From NCBI GenBank assembly GCA_032718475.1, contig JAUCBJ010002722.1, forward strand, positions 1 through 64,000: a stretch of 64,000 nt of DNA, given 5' to 3'. Below, one piece after another: positions 1-12,589 of this stretch; within the stretch, counting starts at the first letter, position 1; the number at the start of each line of letters is the position of its first letter. The DNA is from Nemertoderma westbladi. Lineage: Eukaryota; Animalia; Xenacoelomorpha. The notes beneath the pieces were generated by a model. The model worked only from the letters and a program-made list of their open reading frames with translations. It was not told the DNA's origin and did no database searches. The position numbers and the translations under genes were made by a program.

Positions 1-1
1 G

Positions 2-262
2 ATTCCAGAGCAGGTCTGGGAACATAGGATCCTTAATTCTATGAAATTTGTCTTTTAAGAGTATTGGTAAGTGCTACGATATCTTAATCGACTAGAATTG
101 TTAACGGATCTGAATTTTACAGATTTTAATAAATATTAAATTAATATTTAAGATGGGCACCGATTTATTCCAGAACTTGTCTGGGGACGTTAACCACTGA
201 TTCTAGAATTTGTCTTTCAAGTATATCGGTGGGTGCCGCGATATCTTAATCGACTAGAATTA
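2..262. repeat. Diverged direct repeat (~166-bp period) in the BEL inter-ORF region
   Basis: attccaga...aatttgtctt...cgatatcttaatcgactagaatt occurs twice. The same pair appears inverted in copy B at ~25715-25975. Confidence 0.75.
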
Positions 263-811
263 CAGATGGTCAAAAGGTTTAACAGATTTATTTGCGTTTC
301 ACGCTACTGTTATAGGGACATCACGCTACTATATGTATTATTTAATATACGGTATGAGAGCAATATCACACGAAGCAATGTCAGTATGAAGAGGCAAGTC
401 GTTTCCAAGGTCTACCCAGAGCTTGGTTTAGCCGAGACACGAGGATCTGAACTTTGCATTCCTAATACTCTGCCTACCAATAATACTTAAGTATAGTAGG
501 CGCTTTATTGTACTTTAATAAGTACGGACATTTCATCTTACTGTAGTCACGTATTTATAATATGATACGGACAGTAAGGAAAGAGAAAAAATAATTATTT
601 CTCGCCGTCGCACTAAATATATATTATAAGTAATTACGTACGTAATAAACACTAATATATTGCACTAATCTACTAAATAATCACTAAAAGAACATTCTAC
701 TAAATAAAATTAAAGAAAACGATTATAATAAAATTACATAATAATACATACATAAATATAAAATAAAAACAAATATAAAATGATATAGTCACACGCCCAC
801 TCCATATGTTA

Positions 812-3800
812 TTACGTTATGGAGTCCCTAGATATTTGTCGGATTAGGGAAGTGGTCGTAGGAAGAGTATCTTGCCTTCCATAGTTTCCGGACAGTTTTT
901 GGTCTCTTTCCAGTAAACATAAACGACTAGCTGGGCGATTGAGTTGTTGTGTTACTTTCTCCGCTCCCTTGGCCTGTCTAATCTCCGCCGGGGTAAGATG
1001 AGGAGGCCATTCTTCTTCTTCTTTACGTAAGGAGTCGGATCCACCTAACCAGCCTGGAGTATCTATCAGTTCTTGAGGAGTTGCTCCTCTGGAAGCGATG
1101 TCGGCTGGATTAATCGTCCCAAGGCAATGTCTCCATTGATCTACATTGGAGTTAATATCGTCATTATCTGAGGAGTATGGTGTTCCCTCAGTTGGATCGT
1201 CCACCTCACTGCTTTCCACTTCCCAATCGTTTACTTGATATATTTGTTCGTGTGGCATTCTCTCTTCGAGAGTTCTACGGGAAGGGCCAGTAAGGTACCA
1301 ACCTACTCTAGTTCTTGCCGCATAGGTTTGCAGTGGCTGTGGTTGAGCAGGCCGTTTCTCTAATGTTTCGAGCGCCTCGTGCGCGTTTTGGCCGATGAGT
1401 ATTTGTACTCCAGGATAATCTGTCTGGAATCGAGGTATCTTAAGATGTTGGATGCTCTCATCCTCGTCCCAATTATAAAGGTCTGCTTGGGTAGTAGCAA
1501 AGTTCTTTATAGCCACCATTTTTACTGACCTTATACCTTGTGTTCCTAACTTATCCTGGGGGGTGGACAACACACCTACATAGTAATCTGCCGTTAGGGT
1601 AGATTTCCAAACCTGCATAATTCCTGACATATTCAATTTAGTCCGGAACTTGGGTTGTCCAGCAAAGATATCTTCGGCTAGTTCTTGATCGATGAATGTT
1701 CCTGTGCTGCCGGAGTCAAGGAGGGCGTTCACTATGTAGCTTTTGTTAAGACCGTGAACTCTTACTTGAACTACAGGAAATTCTCTGATTCCTACGTTGG
1801 AAGCTGGAGCTTTCCAAGATGGTTGTTTGGCGAAAGTAGTTGGGGAAAACTCATCGTTGATGTCCTTTTCGTAAGTAAGTGCTCGATACACTGCGGTATT
1901 TATTAGATAACAGGATTCGTTGGCATCGGAGAATTCGTCCGTATAGAATCCTTCCCACTCAGAACTTTGGTCAGTGTCGTTCACATCACTGAATTGGACA
2001 TGTGATTTGGGCTCACTTACTTGACTCGGGCTGTTTCGTTCGAATTCCGTGTACAACAAGCTATGATGTTTCGCGCCGCACTTAGCACACCTTGCGTCAG
2101 AGTAACAGGTTCGCCGCTGGTGTCCGCGTCTGAGACAGTTATAACATAACCGCTTATCCCACAGGACTCCACGTCTATCTGCCATGGATTTCTTTAGGAA
2201 TTCTGCACACGCACTCAAACGGTGGGGCCCGTCGCACAGCGCACATTTTGGTTTGATGTTACTCACCTTAACTTGGTTAACGTTCTGCACTCTCGTTCTT
2301 TCTTCGGGCTTTCTTCCATGAATTCTCTTAGGAGACGTAGGAGGAGTTGTTGTTACCTGTTCTCTCCTGTCACTGGTTCGAGACTTGTATTTACTTACGT
2401 CTTTATAGTTCTTGTTGTCATAGTAAGATTTTGCTGTGTCTTTCCCGCTGTCCTCTTCTTGAGAAGTTTGGCTTTCGCCGTCGTCAGTATAACACACTGG
2501 TATTATCCTTCTCCTAGAAACGGGTTTCTCACTTACCTTATTTTCCGATGTTTTCTCTCTGGACTGCCTTATGAGTTGTAATTTTACTTCACTATCTAAG
2601 AAAGACATGAGATCAGCCATGGTAGGACTTCGTCGTTGTTGTTCATTCATGTACAACACTTTCTTGTCCCAGCGCGTACATACTCCACCCTTTGGTAAAG
2701 TAGAGACTACGGCTCCAATAACCATGGAACTCTGATATTCATGAGACTTACCTAACCAGTCCAATTGTCTACAGATTTCCTGAATCTCATCGGAAAACTC
2801 TATAATCCCGCTACTAAGGAAGTGTCGGGGGGCTACTAATTTTGCGTACAAATACTTAGCTATGTTATCCTTGTTACCATACCTGATGTTTAATGTATCC
2901 CAAACTTGTCTTAATCCATCTGGATGTCCAATAAACTTTAACGCCATTAACTTGGGAGGTCCTTCCAAGCACTTGATGAGGAATCTAAGTTTCTCTCCGT
3001 TAGATAGTACAGAGTTCTGTATGCTATCTTTGTAATATTCGTTGAAAGGTAACCATTTCATCTCATCTCCATTGAATTTGACGATCTCTCCCACTTTGAC
3101 CGCTTGGCGGGCTTCTGTTCTAGCCATCTGACGCGTAAAGCTTTCTTGGGCCATCGTGTTATTTAATATCGAATTATCGGTATACAAATTTCTCGGATCA
3201 TTATCAGGTCTATAGGGAATATCATTAATAACAGGTCTATAATCACCCTTAATAGGGTTTGCTATAGGAGTTTCAACTTCACTAGCAGTATAGATGCGTG
3301 TAGGCTCCACACCTTGCGCATGTAATACTTCAGACCTAACGGGTTGACACAATGTTACAGGGGGTATTGGTATGCCTTTTTGTATATTGACTAATTTGTC
3401 GCGTTCTAGCGCGATACTTTGCTGCACTTCTTGCAACTCTGCTCTACCTTCCCTCACTGTTCCCTTAAGTTGGTGGACAGTCTCCTGCATCTGTCCTAGC
3501 AGGAGATTCATCCCCCGCCGTCCCTCTTCCACCCACTCAACCGCCGAAGCGGGAGTCGCCAACATAGTAGCGGGCTGACACGGGACGACGGGAGACAAAT
3601 TATTGATTTCTCTCTCTGCTATCTGGACAGGGGTATTTGCATGGACTGTTCCACCGGGTACAGGCAGTGTAGTACTATGTAAAGGGAATTTAGAGTTAAG
3701 CTCTGGAAGTGCAGGGGTCTCTAGCACAGAAGTGACTTTGGGAACAACAGGCCTAATTATTTCAGGTTCATTGACTATAGTAGGGAGTCTTTTGACCTGG

Positions 3801-5005
3801 ATAAATTGTTCTATGGGTTCTGCACTACCTAAGTCTGTGCTAGTTAGCTTTTTTTTAACAGCTGGGGGCAAATCAGGCAATTTGCGACGGTAATATGTTT
3901 TTCTACGCCTACTTAGATGAGATCTATTTCCTCCGCCTTCAGGATCGGTAGTATCGCCTTCCTCCGAGGATGTGTATCCCTGGCGCTTGGGAGTAGATTT
4001 TCTCATCATCTGCATTTGATTAGCAGTAAACTGTTTATTTATACTGTCTTGTGTCTCTTGCAGATTTTCCAACTCCAGTTGGGTAGTCTGCTCAGATACT
4101 CTCCTTTCTGCTTCTGCCACTGCCTTTGCTGCTTTTCTTTCTGCTTCTGCATCTGCCGCCGCTGCCTTTCTTTCTGCTTCTGCATCTGCCGCCGCTGCCT
4201 TTCTTTCTACTTCTGCTTCTGCCATAGCCGCCGCCTTTGCTGCTTTTCTTTCTGCTTCTGCTATTGCTTCTGCCGCCTTTCTCTCTGCTTCTGCCACTGC
4301 TTCTGCTGCTGTCTTTCTGCTTTCGATTAGTTTTCTCTTTACTTGTTCTTCTTGGACTCTAATGATGCGGAGTTGTTCATCAAATTTAGCTTTGTTTGCA
4401 GCCAACATTTCCGCATCGATTGCGTCTAACACAAGCTTGGTTCCTTCACTATTAGGGCGAAGTCCAGACAGTCGTCTCCTCAACTCTTCGTCTCCTACGA
4501 ATCGCTGATAGTCTGACAGATAGATGTCAATGGCATCTCTAGTTCGTGGCTTCTCTGCTGCTGTTAATTCGCTTTCCACTTCGCTTTCCACTTGAGAAGA
4601 AGTGGCGTCGGTTGATTCTTCAAAGGTTGGCCGCTCATCATAAACCGTATCCGCCATCTTCGCTCCGCGTTCGGGCGTCCGCTCAACAGTCTCCGAACTA
4701 CTGGAGCTATCGGGCTGCTGGGAACTAGGTTCTTGGCTAGGATGTCGCTGCTGTTTGACAGCTGCTTCCTGATCCCGCTTAACTTGGGCCCGAGTGCCTA
4801 TGGCAGACCTACGGCGCTTCACTAACTTCGCAAATTGCGAAATCGCTTCTACCAACCTAGGTTCTGACACAACTACTGCAGGGGTTGCCCTTCTTACAGT
4901 AGGAGGGGTTTCAGACCTCGGTCTGGGATTCTCTACACTTTGATCTGAGAAACAGGCTGTTGTTTCTAAAAGACTATCTGACAGAGGTTGCCTTGTGTCA
5001 GCCAT
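812..5005 (-). CDS. BEL/Pao Gag-aspartic protease polyprotein (1397 aa), with no RT or integrase
   Basis: DUF1759-like KFNGDEMKWLPFNEYY..LSNGEKLRFL; three Cys/His knuckles (CALCDGPHRLSAC, CYNCLRRGHQRRTC, CAKCGAKHHSLL); protease ALLDSGS; C-terminal WRHCLGTINPADIASRG, a motif at the end of BEL RNase H; Ala/Glu/Lys coiled-coil repeat. Confidence 0.88.
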   Translation of the reverse strand: MADTRQPLSDSLLETTACFSDQSVENPRPRSETPPTVRRATPAVVVSEPRLVEAISQFAKLVKRRRSAIGTRAQVKRDQEAAVKQQRHPSQEPSSQQPDSSSSSETVERTPERGAKMADTVYDERPTFEESTDATSSQVESEVESELTAAEKPRTRDAIDIYLSDYQRFVGDEELRRRLSGLRPNSEGTKLVLDAIDAEMLAANKAKFDEQLRIIRVQEEQVKRKLIESRKTAAEAVAEAERKAAEAIAEAERKAAKAAAMAEAEVERKAAAADAEAERKAAAADAEAERKAAKAVAEAERRVSEQTTQLELENLQETQDSINKQFTANQMQMMRKSTPKRQGYTSSEEGDTTDPEGGGNRSHLSRRRKTYYRRKLPDLPPAVKKKLTSTDLGSAEPIEQFIQVKRLPTIVNEPEIIRPVVPKVTSVLETPALPELNSKFPLHSTTLPVPGGTVHANTPVQIAEREINNLSPVVPCQPATMLATPASAVEWVEEGRRGMNLLLGQMQETVHQLKGTVREGRAELQEVQQSIALERDKLVNIQKGIPIPPVTLCQPVRSEVLHAQGVEPTRIYTASEVETPIANPIKGDYRPVINDIPYRPDNDPRNLYTDNSILNNTMAQESFTRQMARTEARQAVKVGEIVKFNGDEMKWLPFNEYYKDSIQNSVLSNGEKLRFLIKCLEGPPKLMALKFIGHPDGLRQVWDTLNIRYGNKDNIAKYLYAKLVAPRHFLSSGIIEFSDEIQEICRQLDWLGKSHEYQSSMVIGAVVSTLPKGGVCTRWDKKVLYMNEQQRRSPTMADLMSFLDSEVKLQLIRQSREKTSENKVSEKPVSRRRIIPVCYTDDGESQTSQEEDSGKDTAKSYYDNKNYKDVSKYKSRTSDRREQVTTTPPTSPKRIHGRKPEERTRVQNVNQVKVSNIKPKCALCDGPHRLSACAEFLKKSMADRRGVLWDKRLCYNCLRRGHQRRTCYSDARCAKCGAKHHSLLYTEFERNSPSQVSEPKSHVQFSDVNDTDQSSEWEGFYTDEFSDANESCYLINTAVYRALTYEKDINDEFSPTTFAKQPSWKAPASNVGIREFPVVQVRVHGLNKSYIVNALLDSGSTGTFIDQELAEDIFAGQPKFRTKLNMSGIMQVWKSTLTADYYVGVLSTPQDKLGTQGIRSVKMVAIKNFATTQADLYNWDEDESIQHLKIPRFQTDYPGVQILIGQNAHEALETLEKRPAQPQPLQTYAARTRVGWYLTGPSRRTLEERMPHEQIYQVNDWEVESSEVDDPTEGTPYSSDNDDINSNVDQWRHCLGTINPADIASRGATPQELIDTPGWLGGSDSLRKEEEEWPPHLTPAEIRQAKGAEKVTQQLNRPASRLCLLERDQKLSGNYGRQDTLPTTTSLIRQISRDSIT

Positions 5006-6229
5006 GTTTGATTGTACAGTCGAATGCCTACTGCTATATTACAGTTAAAGCAAGTCTAGTAATTCAGTATCACTGTTAGCCTAATAATTAATTACCGATA
5101 CTGCTAGTCAGTGTAGCGTGATATATATATAATATATTAGAATAACGGTATGCTTATAATATATATATAAGTATTGTAAACTAGGTTTGTCACAGGGTAC
5201 CGGTATATCAATTTAGCACAGATATATATAAATATATAATAGGCCTATAGTGAATACCGGTATGTCAATTATCAATTATTTTAGAATAATTGAATTTCTG
5301 AATATTTAGGGTTACTTGGTTACTTTAACTTACTTTATTACCGTTATTTAAGCAGTAGTCCAACTGATATTGAGACCTAGTTGTTGTCTGGCAGGCCTAC
5401 TATTTATAAATCGTTTGAGTTGATTTATAATAGATATATACCCGTTTAAAAAGGGTTTTTGTCAATATTTGAAATAAATGTTATTATTTCTGGGGGAGTC
5501 ACTACACAGAAGCTGAACGCCTCTCAGTGAAGTGCTATTTATTTGACACTAAAACTGATAATTCTAATTTACCTAAGTTACTTAATACTACAAATTACTT
5601 ACGATACTGATGAGATTAATTCTCTAATTAAACACAACAAAATATTACGTACGAAATTTTTAGGGTAATTTTACAGGAAGTCTACAAACCAGCCTAACAA
5701 AGGGTTAGAATTCTGGTTATTACAACGGACAGGGTACTACGGTATTTGAAATAATAAGTAGTAAATATATTGTACTGTCCAGATAGGAAAATACCACCGC
5801 CTGACGACCTATAACCGTATCGCTATAGGTACTACGTTATGTATCACGGATTGTTCCTACCCAGAAGCTAATAGAGCTAACGAATGTGCCTATCAACCAC
5901 TTTACAACACAAATATACTGCCTACACTAATTACTTCGGAAAGCACTGTACACTAAACCCTAAATTAGGTACAAGTACCGGTATAACAAATAATCAGTAG
6001 TTAAATATACTTGAACAGTTAAAAGAACTACGGCATCTGCTGGAGTGACCGAAGCACAAAATCTCCAGTCTTTACCTACGCCGAGCAGCCCTGATGTAGT
6101 ACCGGGGTTAGTTTAACTATAACGGTATGTATAACAAGCACAATTACTGTAGGAATAAACTTGGGGACATGAATGTTGCGAATAATCGCATAAACTCTGA
6201 ATAATAAATATTACGCTACCCGTACAGAA

Positions 6230-6780
6230 TACTCAAACAAATACAAACCAAACGCTGGCAAACTACTATCAAGCCTAAACAAACTACAGTATGTGCAGAT
6301 TCTGAAACTGTTAGTTAGTATGCGTTCTAACACGGTAGTACGACTTACTCTTTAAGAGGGGATTGACCTTACCGCATATGGCTGCCCCAACTTACTAACG
6401 GCACTTTATCAGACCAACTCTACACACGCAGCAATCCCTTCAGGCCTAAGAATAGCTAGACAACAATCTAGCCTACAAAATATTTGAGTAATAACTATTA
6501 CGGTACCTGAACAGACCACACAAACAAACACAGACTAAAACACTGGCAGACTACGATCAAGCCTAAATAAACTACAGTATATGCAGACTCTGAAACTGTT
6601 AGTTAGTATGCGTTCTAACACGGTAGTACGACTTATTCTTTAAGAGGGGATTGACCTTCAGCATATGGCTGCCCCAACTTACTAACGGCACTTTATCAAA
6701 CCAACTCTACACACACCGTAATCTCTCCAAACTCAACAACAGCCAGACAGCAGCTCAGCCTACAATTATCTGAACAATCT
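6230..6780. repeat. Tandem duplication (~288-bp period) in the BEL 5' leader
   Basis: Two copies of the block tctgaaactgttagttagtatgcgttctaacacggtagtacgact...gctgccccaacttactaacggcac. The same duplication is in copy B at ~19080-19620. Confidence 0.85.
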
Positions 6781-7048
6781 GAGCAGGGTCACACGCCTTC
6801 TGCTCAATATTAGCCTACTAGTAAATAAAACTGACAGAAATAGACCTAAGTAAAATCCCAATAAAAACCAGGCGTCCCCGATTTAATATCGAGACCTACC
6901 GGTATACAATAATCAAGATCGAATAATACTAATGTACTTATACAGCAGTACCGGTTAGGACAGTTGGGCCTACAGACCTACAGAAATACCGGTTACTACG
7001 GTATTTTGCAACCTTATTGCCTACTGCAATAAGATCGTTAACTGTTAC

Positions 7049-8232
7049 TGTTCGCGCTTTTGAAGACCTTTAGCAGTTTAACCTGCCAAAATTTATATGT
7101 CTTTTAGTTAATTAACACACCTTTAGCATACAACAATATTTTATGCTAATAAACAAAACATTAGCCGAAGCCAGCCCATGCGCGATCATTCACCCGATGG
7201 ATCTACACCCGGGAGGCTGAATTCGGATGCTTAGATTTTATTATTGCAGTGTAAGGTTGCAGTGTAAGCCTACTGTATTATTCGATTGATCGCTAATATG
7301 TAATTTCTGACAGATATTATTAACTTTCGGGAAATATTAACAGTTCCTTTAGGACGTGGCGCTCTATCTATTTAAACAGAGCTAGGACTTATACTAAACG
7401 CAACGATAAGGCTTATGATTAAAGTATAAGTCGCATTCTTTAGGAAATGCTTTGTTACCAGTCACATCACACTCACAATCATGCACACTATTCTGCCGAA
7501 ACGTCAGTATATTTGATCACACATAAAGAGAACAGCAATTGACTCAGGTAGTGTCTACTAAATAACATTAGATTCAATACACACCACATTGATATAAATC
7601 GCAATTGTTATATATAGCCGGTCTCTCTAACCTGTAGTGTATCAAGAAATTGGGAAATTTGGGTGATTTATCAATATTCTCCAAATGACAATATTTCATC
7701 AACAAATCGATACAATTAATAACTGACGGTAAATAGCAGTACAAACAATATGATTAGTGCAATTAAATTAAGTGAGGTAACACTGCCGGTAACAGTTATA
7801 CTTTCTATAATCTAAGCAGTTTTACTAGAGTTGTTCCAAAAGCCGGTGTTATGGCGAAAAATGGGAACACAACAACAGAAACATGTGACTACTGCTACTA
7901 TACGAGTATACCAAAAACCCTTATTCCACGAAGCCCCGTTCAACACAGAGGATGAGCATAGAGATAGGAAATTCAGTTCAGTAGCGCTGGGATAGGTCGA
8001 AATCAACGCCTACGCAAATTCTATTGGCCGACACGAACAGCAAGGCTAAGGCAACCTCTCTAAGCTAGTTGGCCGATTAAACTGAGCCCAGATATCTCCG
8101 TACAGCACATCAGCCAATAAGCTGGTAGCTTGCACTATTTTAGTTATAAATCCCTTTGAGAGTATTCTAGCGACTGGGGGGGAACTGGCCAGCAAAGGCA
8201 AACGTATCAGTTATCCCACAAAAGCTTTTACA
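7049..8232 (-). repeat. 5' LTR of BEL copy A (1184 bp)
   Basis: Element-sense termini TGTAAAAGCTT...AAAGCGCGAACA, homologous to the LTRs at 17519-18750, 28326-29563 and 14667-15794. Confidence 0.9.
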
Positions 8233-8329
8233 ACTGGATTCTCTGTCAGCGCCTTTCTCAATGGTGCGCACCAGATATTGAGCAAGCTGGTGCCCAATCA
8301 AAACGCCGATGCGAGGAACATATTTTAAC

Positions 8330-10272
8330 TCTCCACTTATTGATTAACTATGCCACTTTCAAGAGGTGTAAACTGTTCATAATCTTTGTAGATTTTGCCA
8401 CTGCCTATGATCGAGTCTCCCGCCATAAATTATTTCAGTTACTTAAATCCATGGGTTGTGGCGGTGTTATGCTAAGGGCGCTTATGGCATTATATAGATC
8501 TACAGTAAGTGTGATAGGATCCTCACTTATACAAAGTATTTGCGGTGTTCTGCAGGGTGCACCCGGTAGTGAAAGGCTCTTCATTGTCTTCTTCTAATGG
8601 ATGATTCGGCCTTGTTAGCAACTTCTCGTGTACGAGCTCTTGAGAAACTGAATATCCTTCTTAAATTTTGTGAGGACTTCAACATGTCTATAAATCTTTC
8701 GAAGACTAAGTTCATGGTCATCAACGGCAGTACACACGATAAAGTCGATCTCGTTGTTTCATCCAATATCTCTAACATTATTGTAAATAATTCAAAGTCC
8801 TACATATACTTAGGCGCATCAATCAGTGAAGCCGGGGGTATCAACCCATCTGTTGTACTACATGCAAAGGAAAAAACCAAACATGTATCTAAATACCACG
8901 CCTTCCATAATAAACATTCCATTAGCCCTCTATGGGTTAAACTTTTAGTTTTTGATGCAGCTGTGACTTCAGCAATCTTTTATAGCTGTGAGACTTGGCT
9001 AGGCGCAAACATTACCCCAACTTCATCGCAATACTTCAGTATGCTCAAGTCTGCGATTGGTGTCCGCAGCCAGACCTGTCATGATATATTGTTAATTGAG
9101 ACAGGTCGCCCTTCACCAAAGACTCTGATTGAAACACGGCAACGCAAGTTTCTGAAGGCAATGTTAGCTCACCCCGACCTACACGGCCCATTATTCTTTG
9201 CACTAGACCTTGTGAGAGGTACAAACAGCGGTATGGGTAAAGCTATTACCATGCAGTTGGACTCATTAGACCGGAATTGTGTTTTGATAGACCGTGAGGC
9301 CATCGTAAATCACATTAATTGTAGTACCACTACCCGCCGCAGCGTGTACCGTTCTTTGAACCCAACACTAACTTCACACGCATTGTATAATTCTAGAATT
9401 TTAGGACTTTCGGAGGCTGCGAGACTGTCTTGGTCTAGATTTAGGCTAATGTCTACGCACCTAGCAGTGGAAACTGGTCGTTGGTCGCGTCTGCCAGCCG
9501 AATTAAGGATGTGTAAGTGCGGTTCGATACAAACCGAAATACATATTATATGTGAGTGCCAGTTACTAGCCACCCTACGTGACACACATAGCAATCTATC
9601 GTTTACATCAATAGAGGGTTTCTTCTCGGATAAACATCTGCATGATTGCTGCAACTTTTTGCATGCTGCTCTTATCATTTTAGAGTAGTCCACCTCCCCC
9701 CCCCCCCCCCCCCATAAGCTACAAAGTATGTCATCAAGTTGTTTGTTCTTTTTCTATTTACATTATTTATTTATTTATTTATTTGATTTATTTTACATTA
9801 CGTACGTACTTACTATATATATATTTTCTTTTTTTTGATACCGCCCTGACTGGCTTCTTTTTGGACAAATTAAGTGTTAATCAATTAGTTATTGGGTATG
9901 ACTGTTGATAACAATTATAATTAATTACATCGCATTTTCTACCGTGTCCGTTTGAATCTGTATTTGTGTCTTGTCATTGATCCCGCTTGCATATCATTAC
10001 TTTATCATTATTGTTAATCGATTAATTATTATTACTTATGAATCATACACATATTGTTCTCGTTCCCTAGTGGTCTGCTGCATGCTATAGTTTGTCACAT
10101 TGTTCTTGTTATTGTTTTTATGACTGCTTACAAATGTACTGTATTTGTTTGTATCAATGTTGTGTCTTCCTTACATATATTGTTATGTTACCTGTTTGTA
10201 TTTTTCTGTCACTTTCTTTCATCAGTCGCTTGTGGAACTTAATTATGTCAATAAACTAATCTAATCTAATCT
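8330..10272 (+). mobile_element. 5'-truncated non-LTR retrotransposon (LINE): RT C-terminal half plus Cys/His domain
   Basis: FVDFATAYDRV, GVLQG and (F)MDDSALL RT motifs with a frameshift at ~8597; C-terminal HLAVETGRW...CKC...H..CEC; 3' UTR ending in AATAAA (10250) and a (CTAAT)n tail to 10272. Confidence 0.85.
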
Positions 10273-10307
10273 GTATAAATATGTCTAAATAATACAAAAT
10301 AACAACA

Positions 10308-10344
10308 AATATATTTCTCCCCGTTGGGGTATCGTCAGGGCCTG
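10308..10344 (-). ncRNA. Minimal hammerhead ribozyme core in the inverted Penelope pLTR
   Basis: The minus strand reads caggcc-CTGACGA-taccccaacgggga-GAAA-tatatt. The stem I 3' arm is degenerate. Confidence 0.55.
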
Positions 10345-12219
10345 ACTCCGTAAAACAAACTGATAAAACTGTAAAACCAAAACACTGGTAACACCAGTAA
10401 AACCAGTGGTAACACCTGAAACACCAGTGCCGGTATGCAAAGCAGTAAGGGACATCAGACTCATGACTGGCTAAACGGACAAGCTACAGTATATCTCCTA
10501 AAACTAAACTAAGGACCTTGGATACAGTATAATCCCCCCTCCCTCTCCTCTTACCAGTTCAAGGTTGAGAAACTCTGATTTGGAATTCGAAAATTCAAAG
10601 GCGAATTTAATATCGTCCCGCCCAAACACCCCCCCCCCCCCTATTATAGTATTGTACTATTTTGGTCTGTTCCTCCGTCGACAAAACCCGGTCAAAAATA
10701 GCTTCGCCGTCATCGACGAAAGTACGGAAAGAAATTTCACCAAATGATGACAAAATGTTAACATGTTTGTATATTCTATCTATACCACTAGCACCGCTAC
10801 AGCTTTCCCTGCCCCCCCCCCCCCCCCCATTCCCATTCCTTTTATTAATACTGTATATAAAATACACCTTTAAAACCAAAGTATTTATGAGACAACATAA
10901 ATTTAAGAAGGATGACAATCTGATCCACGGAATACCCAGATTGGTCCAACATGTCCTCGTTTTCGGAAACCACAGCTACTATAGCGTCCACCGCAATGGC
11001 GTGGTCTATGTAGGGCAGGGGTAAATATCAACGACGTCAGTGGCCGCGAAAGTTAAACCTGAGGAACAGGGCTGCGATATAAGGTCCCTGGCTGAGTTAG
11101 AATCCGTAAGGAAATGAGGCATTATATATAACATCGGTTGGATAATCGAATTCAGCAGTAGCTTGTGGACAACTTAGCATGTTCGGAAGATTGAGAAGGA
11201 CAAAGACCGAGTATGAGGAGGCGCATGACAGATACCTCACAGACAGTTGAGTGTCAGGATACACCCGGACTTTCTTAGATAAGGTTAGACAGTGGGAGCC
11301 CCACAGACAAAGAATTAACTTAGCAGCGGGAAGCCCCATCGACCAGACAGTTAACCATCGATGGACACACACAAAAGTCCTAGCACACAGCTTCTCAGAC
11401 CAGGTTCACTTTGAAATAGATGCCAGGTTCACACCAGCGACCAGTGTGAAGCTGATGTGGCGACCAACCGGTGCTATCTACATAGACATAAATCGTGGAT
11501 GGAAGCAGCCGGAATCAGGTTACTCACGCCCAAGAGGACAGGTCGGAATATAGGGAAGTTGCTGATAAAAAAGAAACCTTCAGTAGCCGTAAGTGGAAAC
11601 CACCCGTGCGGCCGACCCCGTTGCAAGACGTGCCCATCCATCCTTGACAAACCACGCACCCCGTGGGGTGTCAAGATCAACGGTTCATTTGATTGTACAT
11701 CCCACACCACAACGTACTGTACATACTGTCCGACTAACGGCACAACGTTTATTTAGGACAGACAGAACAGACAATACGCGACAGACTAACCAAACATAGA
11801 TCAGCGACCCGTAATTTCAGGAAAGAAATCGAACCCGACTTGGACAACACCCCAGAGTACTTTCTCCTACCGCAGCATTTCACCACTTGCCCCATCGACA
11901 GTATTAGGATCACTGACTTTCGCAAGCTCCCCAATGACATAGACAGGATCCACTCAGAATCCATACACATAAACAAATACAGACCTCCCTGCAACAAGTT
12001 GTACCCTGCTATGTAGTATATGACCAGGTTTTCTTTCTAAACACATTATTTTCCCGATTGCCGGTGCTTTCATTTTGTTGTTTAATTTAGGAGTGCAGAG
12101 TTCTTTAGTTGTTTCTTTCTCTTTCTTTAGCTCTAGCTATTTGTAACTTTTGTAGTTTTTTCTTGTCTTTGTACAATTTCACTGCTTTATAGCGTTTTCA
12201 GTACGATTTTACCAGAATT

Positions 12220-12582
12220 TCGTGTTTCCGGGCATGTACGTTTAACCTATCATAGAGATCCCCTGCTGTACGTTTAGTTTTAATTTAATCATGTCATTAT
12301 GTACGTCCTAATCTACTGGTAGTTAACGCCGTCTATACATGGGTGATTTCTGGTGCTTTCGTTTAGTTAATTTATGAATGAGTTGTCCGTCCGTAGTTCC
12401 GGAGCCTTTTATAGTTTTTTCATAAAATTTTGTACAACTTCATAGTTTTTTACAACTTTATATCACTACGATGTTACCTGGGCTCGTGTTTCCGAGTATG
12501 TACGTATTAACCTAATGTAACACCCCCCTACCGTACGTTTAATTTATATTGATTTAATTTAATCATGGACTTATGTACGTCT
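12220..12582. repeat. Diverged ~90-bp direct repeat in the Penelope 3' region
   Basis: tcgtgtttccg...tgtacgt..taacct...tttaatttaatcatg..ttatgtacgtc at ~12220 and ~12484. Confidence 0.65.
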
Positions 12583-12589
12583 TATACGA

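Larger units (their letters stand above)
1..8232 (-). mobile_element. Non-autonomous BEL/Pao LTR retrotransposon, copy A (3' end lies outside the window)
   Basis: 5' LTR at 7049-8232, a ~2-kb leader and an intact Gag-protease ORF. The whole internal region is the reverse complement of copy B 18751-25975. Confidence 0.9.

Noticed and set aside
1685-4728. Short antisense ORFs over gag (Cys/Phe- or Leu/Pro-rich; also 22064-24637)
   Set aside because: These are shadow frames of the gag-pro ORF and its repeats.
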